From Malacoraja senta (Eukaryota), in contig CM075998.1 of assembly GCA_038087875.1 (NCBI GenBank), forward strand, positions 186,001-250,000: a stretch of 64,000 nucleotides of DNA. Direction: 5' to 3'. Made by a program: the position numbers and the translations under genes. Positions 34,166 through 46,100 of this stretch are shown one piece after another (the first letter of the stretch is position 1; every line of letters begins with the position of its first letter). Below the pieces are notes generated by a model, which saw only the letters and a program-made list of their open reading frames with translations, did no database searches and was not told the origin of the DNA.

Positions 34166-37100
34166 CTGCAGGGAAGAAAATAGCACAGTAAACCCTTTTT
34201 ATAACGGGCCATATATTGCCGATTGTCCATTCAGGTATTATCATTGTTTGTGATTGACACAAGGAACTGCAGATGCTGGTTAATACACAAAAGGACACAA
34301 AGTGCTGGAGTAACTCAGCAGGTCAGGCAGAATCACTGGAGAACACAGATAGATGACATTGGAATCCTTCTTCAGACTGACTCAGTTGGCTGAGTTACTC
34401 CAGCATTTTGTGTCATTTCACCTAAAAACTAGGCACTGGAGCCCTTCTACACCGGTCAACACGGCTGTTGCTGTGGTAACCCTGCCTGCCGAAAACCATC
34501 AACGACAGGATGTGCTTGGTTGCCGTGGGGCTCCCTCCCCTCTCACCTGCTGCTGCTTCCAAGGCGAGTCTGGGAGAGAGGAGGAGGGGGGGAGGGGAGA
34601 GGTCGAGTGGACAAAGCCAAGGAAGAAGCAGCAGCAGGTGAGAGGGGAGGGAGCATCACGGTGACACTTTGTCAGTGGCCTGAAGAAAGCACTGTCCCCC
34701 GGAGCTACGTGAGCCGCAACAATGGCTGCTTCAACTGGACCATGCGGGTGGTGAAGAAGGGCTTCCTGCTGCACCATGTGAGTTGGGTAGGGGCCCTGCG
34801 GTCGGGGAGGTGGTGTGAGTCAGGGGTCCGTCTACTATAACTGACATCCATTATAAAGGGATCCATTAAAGGAAGAGTTTACTGTATTGCACCAGAAAGG
34901 TTGAGCTAGTCTTTAATTATGTTTCTATATTAGTATTTCATAGCATCTGTACGTCCAGCAATTGCCAGTCCCTGCCTTGGGCATGTAGGAGAAGCTTTTT
35001 TCTGCATCCAACTGGTTCCCCCGGCAACGTGGATTGAGCTTCACTGTGTGACATGACAGTGCAGAGGGAGCTTCACTCTCTGTCTGACCCTGGCTTGTGT
35101 GGAGGGAGCATCACTCTGTTTGACCTGTCTTGTATGAGACAGTGCAGAAGCAGCGAAGCAGGTTGCTATTTAACCCTTGCTGGCCTGCCCTGGATGTCTG
35201 TGACAGCACAGCATGGAGGAAGACAAAAGTGCTGGAGAAACTCAGCGGGTGCAGCAGCATCTATGGAGCGAAGGAAATAGGCAACGTTTCGGGCCGAACC
35301 CCTTGGAAATAGGCAACGTTTCAGGCCAAAACGTTGCCTATTTCCTTCGCTCCATAGATGCTGCTGCACCCGCTGAGTTTCTCCAGCACTTTTGTCTACC
35401 GTTGATTTTCCAACATCTGCAGTTCCTTCTTAAACACAGCTTGGAGGAAGCTTTACCTTGTATCTTACCCAATACCACAAGTTGTTTCATTCCTCAATAC
35501 TAAGAGCTCAGGAAAAAAAGTGCTAACAGCAGAAATTAAATAGTGTGCAACGACTTACTCATCCTGTATCTTCACATTTATCTTCCTCTGGTTGTCCTCA
35601 TGTGCGGCACGATACAATTTAGTGGTGAGCTCCACAAGATGATTACTGCTTAACAGGAAGTCTCCCTTCGCTCCGACATGAGAGTTCTGTAAAATTAATT
35701 TGCTTTTTTAATCCGTTCAAAACGGTAAAGTCCCTCAGTAGTCTTGGATCTTATTCCAAAAACGGGTGCTTTGTTTTCCTGCACCAAACCTGCCTTCATG
35801 GCATAATGAAGATAACACAGTTACTACATTCAAACATCTCAGCATTGGTACCCACTGTAACAAATCAGCATGTTGTTTCTATCAAACCAGGGCATGCAGT
35901 TGACTTAATGTTGATCTAGAATAAGTTAGTTTGTGTCTTCAAACATCTTTTTGTCATAAATTCCCAGCATCTTTTTGTCTGCTTTGTCTAAACGCATTGG
36001 GTACCAAGTGGTTGAATGGTTATTGTGGTTCTCGGCTACAAGGTGATGAACATTAAAAAAAACCGCAGATACTACCAATGTAAAACAACACAATGCTGCA
36101 AATTATTTTCTCTTTTTAATTTAACAAGTAGGTGAAATGGGAATTGTCTGATTTTATTTAAATTTCCCACCTCCACTCCATGAAATGGAGAAGGGAGCAA
36201 ACACTGCTGCAATTCCCAGTACTGCAGTGTGTTACCACGGCACACCTGATGTCCCTGATGTTAATGGTTCCTGATCTCAGTATCATTCATGCAAAAGTAC
36301 TTCTGATAAGTACAGATCACATCCCTGCTCACCTCCGCTAGATGTAGCACAAATAGTCCATCTCTACTTCCACTCATAGAGATGCCTTTGATCTCATTCA
36401 CTTTGATTGTGGTTTTCACTTGTGGGGACTTTGCATCTGCCAGGGCAAAGGAGCTGTTCGTCAGCAGCAAAATCCTTGGGGAATTCTGGAATGAGGTCAA
36501 AGAACATGCATCACATTCCAAGGGTCAAAGAGCCAGGAGGGGGATTTTCTTTAAAACAGTTTTCTCTTCTCTGTTGAAGGCAGGTGCTGAATCATTTTCC
36601 CGTACCACCCCCCCATAATATCTCACCAAATGGACCATCTTCACACACAAGTGTCATTAGGGACACTATCACACAAGTTCAAACATCTATTCCCCTGCAG
36701 TGGATCTGCACGTTTTCCAGAAAAGTTCTTTGTGATCAGGAGAGAAATAAAAATCAAGCCCTGGTAACATCATTGGGTTGGGGAAGAAGGAAAGTGAATA
36801 AAAGTGATAGATCGATCGATCGACACCATGGAATCAGTTTGTAATGTGACGTGTCCTTACCTTTCCATCTGTCCTGTTAATTTTCATGACTGTGTCCATC
36901 ATTAGTAACTTGCCCTCCATGCCACTGATCAGTTTCTGATACTTGCTCTTTTTCTGATTGTCCAAATATTGGCCTTTGAAAGGCTGAGGCACACTGAAAG
37001 GGTCACAGCAACAGGGTTAATGTCATACAGCACAGAAACAGGCTCTTTGGCCCAAAATGCTTCGCACTGACACCTCAGTCACTTGCCCTGCTCTATTTCT

Positions 37101-40100
37101 CAAGTGTAGATCACGCTTTCCCCTCTCCCTAGTAAGTCCTCTATACATTGCCTGAGGAAGCCTTTCTGAACACGCTCAACAATATTCCACCCCATCTAGG
37201 TAAGCCGTCAACAATATGGCAGTCCCGGGCTAGATTAAAATCTCTCACTATGACAATCCTATTATTATTGGGACCCTATAGTACAATCCCAACAAGGTGA
37301 ACTTCCCCTTTTTATTTCCCAGCTCCACCCATAAAGTCTCACTGGATGATCGCTCACTAATTTCATCCTGTTGTGATGCTCTGCAATCCTCTCTTTCCTC
37401 CACTTTGATGATACCTGTCATCTGGAACATTAACCTGCCAGTCCTGTCCCTCCCTTAGCCTTGTTTCTGTAATGGCTATACTGTCCCAATCCCATTTACC
37501 TATCCATTCCCTGAGTTAATCTGCCTTGCCTAACAGGCCTATGTGAGCAAATTATACACAGCACCCTAGAAGAGTTAAATTTGCCAGTCTGTCTCAGTTG
37601 CCATTACATCACGAGTATCTTCTGAAGCATTGGCAAATATCAGATAAGTCTCAGCCTCTGGAAGGAGCAGCATTAAAGTAATTCAAGAGTTGAGTGACTC
37701 TCATTAGTAACAATGGAGACCTGAGGGGCTGGAAACGTTGCGTTACCTGGAGGCATAGGAGGCTTTCTTATCCTTGAAGAGCTCACTGGCATATTGCTTC
37801 TCTTCCAATTCTGCATGCCTCTGGCTTGAGATTCCTTCTCTGTATTTCTTGCACTGCAGTGTGAAGTGGCAAACAGTTTATCTTTGCTGGTCCTTGTGGG
37901 TTAAGCATGAATCCTGACTCAAACTGAATTATTTCTTCACAAAAATGCAGTAAATGGAGTTTGTATAAAATAAATGATGTGCATTAAATCAATTCAAAAG
38001 AGTTCAAACAAGATTGTTTAAATAGCCTTCTGAAGAGCAGTCATAGATGGGGAATAAATGACCAAGATACACACCAGTAATGGATACAGTTTGGAGCAGG
38101 AACTCTGGCAAAATCCCCTCTTCCACTTCAGAGAGGGGAAATAAGAGTCAAAAGTAGCACCACTCCCATTGCTGGGCTGAGGTTTAAACCCGGGTGGGAA
38201 CAGAGGTGAGAGGAAGTATTGGAGATAGGTAGGAGAGGATTGCAGTGATTACAGTGATAAGCATGGATGAAGGGGCCATTGGGGGTAGCAGCGATAGGGA
38301 GGGGTGTTACAGAAATAGGATCTGTGTTTTGTTGTGCAATTAAAGGTTGGAAAAGGTTAAAGGTCATAGTGGAACGTCAGGTGTAGCGGGGGTGGAAGAT
38401 TGCAACCTTCACGTGGTCCGCCCTGTTTCGACTAATGCAATCAACTCGACGTGCACAAACGGAAGATCAAATAGAACAAGTTGTCCAACAACTTTAGGCT
38501 GTGCACGCCACACGAAAGAAGAAGAAGGTGTAGCTAATGCTGTAAAATGGGTGTAGAAAATGAATCAAGGTACATACAAGCACACTGACACACCAACAGT
38601 AACTTGTTTTCCGACCTTCCAGAGGTAAAAGATCCTCTTCAATTCCTCGTCTGTTTTACTCAAGACGTGAAAACGCAACACTGGCCAATTTTTATCCAGC
38701 GGAGACATTGATGGTAGGTTGTTTTTCAGATCACGGAAGTACATTTGTACCTTTTTGAATGAAAAAAAAAGAAAGTTATCACATAGCTTTGTATTCAGTG
38801 ATCTAGCAGATCAACAGTTGGTTTTTGGACAGAACAACGTCTGAAATGTAGTTTTATATCGCTAGGAATATTCAATGCAGCATGAGGTGCAATACAAAAA
38901 CATAAATGGTTTGTTTCCTGGCATTGACAAATACCCAAAGTCACTGACCGTTAAATATAATGAACTTAAATATAAATTCACAGACTGAACTTACAATTGA
39001 AGAGATCATGAATTTCCCGACAGTCCTTGAAGCATTACATTTGAAGTATTTCCTGTGCCTTTTCCGCACCTGAGGTCACAAGCAAAGGTTATTTGTGTTG
39101 GGATGCAGTGTATGGTCGATGTTGACGTCAATTCAAAGTTAGAAAAAAGAGTTTGCATTAGTCCATTTTAGTTAGCAATAGTTAGTGTCATCAATGCTAC
39201 TGACAATCACAAGTGATCACACATAACTGCTCCATTGCCCCCTCTTTCATACTCCTGAGAAGATATCTGTTATAAGTGATCCTTCTCAAGTATCCTACAC
39301 CCTCTCCCTATGTAGGCAATTTTGCAGATGACATTAAATTGAACTAAGAATTGGTAACGTGGGGGAAACCAGGAAGATGCGAATGAGTGAAAATACAAAC
39401 AAAACTGCAGATGCTGGAAATCTGAGATAAAAACAGAAATGCTGGAAACACTCAACAGGTCAGACAGCATCTGAGAAGAACAGAGTTCATGTTTCAAGTT
39501 GAGGGGTCTGTGACCTGAAGCATTAATGGAGAGAACAGATGCAGGCCTTGGTTTAACGTTGCAGCTGAAAGTGAGTACCTGTGAATCTGTACTAACAGTT
39601 CAGGATGCTGTGGAAAGTGCAATAGGTAACATTGGAGAATACAGTTGTAATTAGTTTTGCACTGTGAAAGCAGAATGATTGTAATGCAACTCGCTCTTTG
39701 CTTTGTTACCTGGTAACCTCGCCAGCCGGCTGCAATGATGGTGACTGATGCAGCATAACGTTTCTGCTCCTTCAACTCTCTCTGGAGTTTGCGAATCTGG
39801 AAATAAAGAATCAATGTTCCCATTACAAGATCAGGAACATTATTTTTAAATATCGCAGCATTAACACAGTAGAATGGCCCAAGGTGCTTCACACCACAGG
39901 AGTGTAAGCCAGGGCAAACTTTGACACCAAGATACAAATGGAAATTTTTGGCCAGGCGACTGATAGCTTGGCTGTCGTGGCAGGCTTACGGTGCATCTTA
40001 AAGGCAGAAAGGTTTGGGGAGGGAATTCCAGAGCTTGGGGCCATGGCAGCCAGCATTGGAGTGCGGAGAGCTTGGGATGGGAGAGGTGTCAATGAGAGGC

Positions 40101-43100
40101 TCAAATTGGATGAGTGTAGAGAGGTTGGAGAAGGAATGGGGAGTGAGGCAAAGCCGAGGGAAGACTTGAACACAAGATGGGAATTCTCCAGGTCTTCCAT
40201 GAGATGGCCATGTATCGCCATTTTTAATAAGCTCGTTCCATTTAGTTATTGAAGCACTTTAGAAGAAATGGAACTTACAACATAAAAAGTAAATGAGGGC
40301 AAAATGATCGTTTACAACTGGAATCTGGCATACAGTGTTTACAAGTCATGCTGTTACAGAGCCTCTTTTAACTGGATTTGTTTTCCATTCACTCAGGTGA
40401 ATGTTAATTTCTGAGAAGACACTCCTCTCTAAATCAGTTTCCAGTCAGCTTGCAACCAGTGAACCCACCACTGTGATGAGTGGTTCGATTCTTAGTCAAT
40501 CCAAGCACCTCAGAAACGTTGAAGGGTCAGAAGGATACATATCTGTGTGTCAGACCCACATCTTGCCTTAGGTTTTATCAGAGTATTGGATCCTTCAGAA
40601 CAAACTCACCTTCCAGCCCCTGACATGGGCTTGAAGCACAATGGCAGCTTTCTTCATTTTTGAATATTTCTTTTGTTGCTGTATGAGAATGAGAAAGATG
40701 CAGCGTCAAAAACTAACACACTCATTAGGATACCTTCCTGCTACGTTTGGTTTAATTATTTTCGCTTTCTTTCTCTTCCCTGCTCTCCCTCATTGCTGTG
40801 CAGACCATGTACTGTGTACAAACCCATCCTGATGGCTGTTCTTTATGTTTGAGTCTCATCTTATTGTTTCTGCTGGGATTTGGGTGTCACTAGTAATCAG
40901 CATCTTTTGTCCTGAGAAGGTGATGTTGAGCCTCTTCCTTCACAGTAGTACAACTGGCAGGCTGCTCCAAGGGTTGCCATGAGTTCACCATGCTCCTAGG
41001 TGTGGAGACACATACACACCCAGACCAGGCGAGGGCAGTCAGAGACCTTCACAGTCAATCTGTACATGAGAAGCTCCCAGACACTGCAATGCAATAGTAA
41101 TCAGATGATCTGTATTCAGTGAAGTAGACAAAAATGCTGGAGAAAGTCAGCGGGTCTCGACCCGAAACGTCACCTCTTCCTTCCTCCGCTGAGTTTCTCC
41201 GGCATATTTGTCTACTTTGATTTTTCTAGCATCTGCAGTTTCTTCTTAAACATCTGTATTCAGTGATACTGATTGTGGAGTAAATATTATTCCAACACAA
41301 ATATTATTCTTGCTCTTCTTGGAAATAGTGGCAACTGACTTCTCCCATTCGACCGAGGGGAAGGCTCAGTTTAACACCTCTTCCACTGGCAATGCTTGCA
41401 CTAATGTCTAGTAACAACCTCACTTCATTAGCAAAATTCACACTCAGAGCCTAAATAAAAAGGAAGAGGGAACAGAGTTGGCAATTCACATTTGGCACAG
41501 AACTGAAGTCTGCAAGCCTTCAATGTGAACCCTGGCGTATTTCTGAAGCCCGGGCATCCTTACGTTATATCGCCTGAACCAGGCAGCGATGATGATCTGA
41601 CTTTTCTTCAATAGGAGGAAATGGGTTCGGCATTGCCAGCCGCGATAAGTCTTCTGAATCAAGGTGGCCACGAATCCCAACCGAACCCGCCGTCGCTCTT
41701 CCATGTCAAAGAGCTGTGTGGAAAGCAAGAAATAAGTGAAGGGGCCTTGGGAGAGGGAATTGTTTCATCCTTTCATTACAGATCCATCAGACAAAAGGTC
41801 TGAAGTGAAAAGGGCCGTCAGTCATCAGAAATAACTTTTGCCTTTGCTTCATTTTTCTCTCCTTTCCCAACAATGCATGTGAATTTTTGCTGTGCATTAT
41901 GTAAGGGTATTCCACTAAATGTTCAGTGTCTCTTCAAGGAGGAATTCTGCCATGCCTCCCTGGACAACACACCAGTATCTCTCTCCAAACACTTTGGCTG
42001 AGGGAGTAAATGCATGAATGCCAAGTCAATACTCACTGTCTGTGGATTTCTGATAAAGATTTTTGTCCATCCAAATGCGTATTCCTCTGGAGCTATATTT
42101 AATTCAATCAAAAGAGTCTGTACGCCATCTCTTAAAGAAGAAGAGAAATGAAGGAATAAATAAATATTGCTTCTGATTCTGTTTGTGCTACATGTGGTAA
42201 CATATTTCATAACAGGATTTGAAGGGTCACATATTTTGTCAGCAAGACACAATATAATCATTAGATCAAATATTTTTATATTGTTTCCCAGTTTCTACAG
42301 CCAGTAAATAATGGACACATGATTTGCAACCAGCAATAGGACATATAGTGCTTTCTGATCCAAAATATCAGAGTTACGAGCGGCATGGTGGCGCAGCGGT
42401 CGAGTTGCTGCCTTATAGAGCCAGAGACCCGGGTTCGATCCAGACCACAGGCACAGGAGTTTGCACGTTCTCCCTGTGACTGGGTTGTCTCCGGGTGCTC
42501 TGGTTTCCTCCCACATTCCAAAGATGTGTAGGTTAATTGGATTCTGTAAATTGTCCCCAGTGTGTAGGGTAGAACCAGTGTATAGGCGATCACTGGTCAG
42601 CACGGACTCGATGGGCCGAAGGGCCTGTTTCCACGCTGTATCTAAACTAAACTGAATTAAGTTAACTTGTGACCTATTCCCCTGCTGAAGCCACGGACTG
42701 TCACCAGGTAAAAGTTGCTTACCGGTCGTTCCCCTTCCAGTTTGGCCAGGTCTGTTTACAGAGCATCTTGTAGCGTTCCAGGCAAGGCTTGTACTGGTGG
42801 CGGTAGGCATATCCTGCCCGCCGCACCCGTATATTCTCCATCAGTCCCAGGTACTTGATCTGTGTTTGCACCAGGCGGTCTTCAAATTGTGCTGGTGATT
42901 TTGTGTCATTTGGCTTGATGCATCTGTGGAAGAGTCAGCACGGGTCAAGAGAGAAATGGTGCGATTATACAGCGAGTCGCAGCAGGAATCAAGGGGATTA
43001 AGAAGGAACTGCAGATGCTGGAAAATCGAAGGTAGACAAAAGTGCTGGAGAAACTCAGCGGGTGCAGCAGCATCTATGGAGCGAAGGAAATAGGCAACGT

Positions 43101-46100
43101 TTCGGGCCGAAACCCTGAAGGAAATAGGCAACATTTTGGCCCGAAACGTTGCCTATTTCCTTCGCTCCATAGATGCTGCTGCACCCGCTGAGTTTCTCCA
43201 GCATTTTTGTCTACCCAGGAATCAAGGGGATGTCCAGGAGGGTCGATAGTTCACCGAACAGCAGCAACACTGGGCGTACAAAACTGCCATCATTATCCAT
43301 TCACAGTGTATGCCTATCTAGAAACATAGAAAATAGGTGCAGGAGTAGGCCATTCGGCCCTTCGAGCCTGCACCGCCATTTGATATGATCATGGCTGATC
43401 ATCCAACTCAGTATCCCATCCCTGCCTTCTCTCCATACCCCCTGATCCCTTTAGCCACAAGGGCCACATCTAACTCCCTCTTAAATATAGCCAATATATC
43501 TAGTCTCATACATACATGGTTGACTATGAAAGGTCCTCTGGTGCAATTAGTATTTGTATCAAAACACTATAGCAGTTTCAGAATACAACCACAAGGCATT
43601 GAGGGAACGGGCAAGGCGTACTCCTCTTGCCACCAACGCCCACTTCCTGGGAATGAATGATAATGAAATGTACACTGAGGCTACCAGTGGTGCTGAGAAG
43701 TTGGCGTTGCCACTGTCTCAGGGTGAGAGCCGGCAACTGCTTGAACAGCTCTTTTGTGGGGTGGGGACAGACTGAAGGGCAGTATTTGAAAGCCACATTA
43801 CAGTTCTAAATTTGCCAAGTAGGGGAGACATTGACAACAGGCCCACATCTGCAACACAAAAACATTCTCCTCCAAAACAACCGCTATTTGCCCGATTATG
43901 TCCGAAGGGGACCTGAAGAACCCAGAGTAATCCCTGGAATTGTACAACTTGGGGAAATCGTACCTGATATAGTTGGGGTTTTTAGCCAGGACGTTCTTCA
44001 TTAGGACATTCACTGAAGCCTTGAACTGTGAGCCAGCTGTTGGTGGCCTCTTCAACAATGTATTTCTTGGGTCCCCTTCAGAAAAGAGTGACTTGATGAG
44101 CCTGTGCTTGGCCTGCCACATGGCCTTGGATAGATCCCCGTACAGCAGGTCATTGTTCTTGTCGATGAAGTCTGCTACGTTGTATGTCACCTGCAATAGC
44201 AAGGAAAGAGAATGTGTCACTTTTCTCCCAGGTTGCCCACTCCCTTGAAGTCACCCGTTCATGCTGGCTCATGCTACTTAGTTGCCAAGTGAGTGTCAGC
44301 AATGTGGGAAAGGTGCAAAAGTTAGGATTTAAGCAGACTTTGTTCCAGTTCCAGAGGCATTGAAGCCACATGTCAGCATTCTGACTGTAATCAGTTTGTC
44401 CATCAAACAGATGAAGTGGGACTCTGTACACCTTACTATTACATTCACCCATTAAAGCAAGGGGCAGCTGATGCTGTGAAGATTCACCCATTAAAGCAAG
44501 GGGCAGCTGATGCTGTGAAGATTCACCCATTAAAGCAAGGGGCAGCTGATGCTGTGAAGATTATCATTGATGGTATTTTGGTCAGTCACCGATGATATAA
44601 CTCCATTTTCGCCACACTGTAACCTGTTCTCTGGAGCTATGAGGCAGCAACACTAACAACTATCTAAATGAGCAACTTACCATGGAAGCATTTGGTATCA
44701 GGAATAGCACCCACAGAGGAGGATATGACAAGGAACCAAGTGCTCACCTTTCCTGCATAGTGCTGCAGGCGGAAACAGTTGGCAGGCAGTGTTACATCGG
44801 TGATGAACTTGGCGCTCTGTGTCTCTTTGCTCTCGTAATGCTGATGGCTGGAGAAAGTCTGATTTAACTTTTGGAGGAAGGTCTTTTCAGTGACATTACC
44901 AGGCCGGAGACATTCTTCATCCAACATTGCCAGGATGCCTTTATTCTGCACAAGGACAAACAGCACCGCAGGTCAAATGAATGGCCATCTTCTCCACCCC
45001 AGCCTGCCACAGATATTTCATCACTACTCTCCTCTTTGCACGGAGGTCTGGTGCAGTTACCAGGTGCTCTTGATACTTTAGCACAGTGGCTATCCCTCAT
45101 GTGTAAATGTAGACTTTGCTTGGCAGCAGAGTTGTGTAAACACCAGGCTCCCATCCTGTGTCCACGTGTAAATGTTCATGCTGGCCGACTGCTACTGACT
45201 GGAACACGGCTGATTTCCCTCTCCCCGCACAGCAACACAAGCTTATTCATCAGGATACATGTGTGGCCCTGGGAGCTTGCTCATTTACACAGCTCGGTAC
45301 TACACATTATCAACATTCATTCACTAATTGGCAATGCTATTCATTCATTTAAATGTTTAAGACTAATAGATGCACCTGTACATGATACCATCACACACTT
45401 CACACGCACTCTCTCTCATATACACACACACTCATTCATGTTGTCACCAAGATCTTCTCACACCCTAAACTACACACATTTTCACACATGGTCTCTCGTT
45501 TCCCACGCATACACAAAAGTAACAATTGCAAAAAACAAAAATGTAAAGAAACAAAAAGTACGTTTTCAATCAGGTCACAGATAATGGCGTTGTCAACATA
45601 TTTGATCTGTATCCACTCGATGCCCTGGAAAACAGAACAAGAATAATATTCAGTTGAAGCTCGTGACATACTAAAGGCCAGACTCGGGGGCACAGCCATG
45701 ATTTAATGATGCAGAGATTCAATTGACCAGAAGAACCAAGTCTTTCTGCCTAACCCAGGGACACTGAGATCAGTTGTAGTTCATGTCCCATTGAAGCTGA
45801 ATATATGATACGGTTTGCACTGCGTAGTGAATCATTGGGAGAGTTTGTGAATTGTGATCAGTCGGATGAAAAGATGGAGGAGTTGCTTACCTCTCGTATG
45901 TACTCTTCCTGTTCCTCCTTCAGTGTCAGTTCAATGAAGAGCTGCTGCAGCTTCTCATTGCAGTAGTTTATAACAAACTGCTCAAAACTATTGTCCTGGA
46001 GAAATAAACTCAAATGATTTAACATGCGTCTCGTATACTTTCAAATATATGAAAATACTTCAATTTGTACTGTACCTTTCAGACTGTACAGCCACTGAAT

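Noticed and set aside
44871-45584. 237-aa + strand ORF, the longest in the track
   Set aside because: Antisense to myosin exons, runs through CA-rich intron sequence, no recognisable domain.
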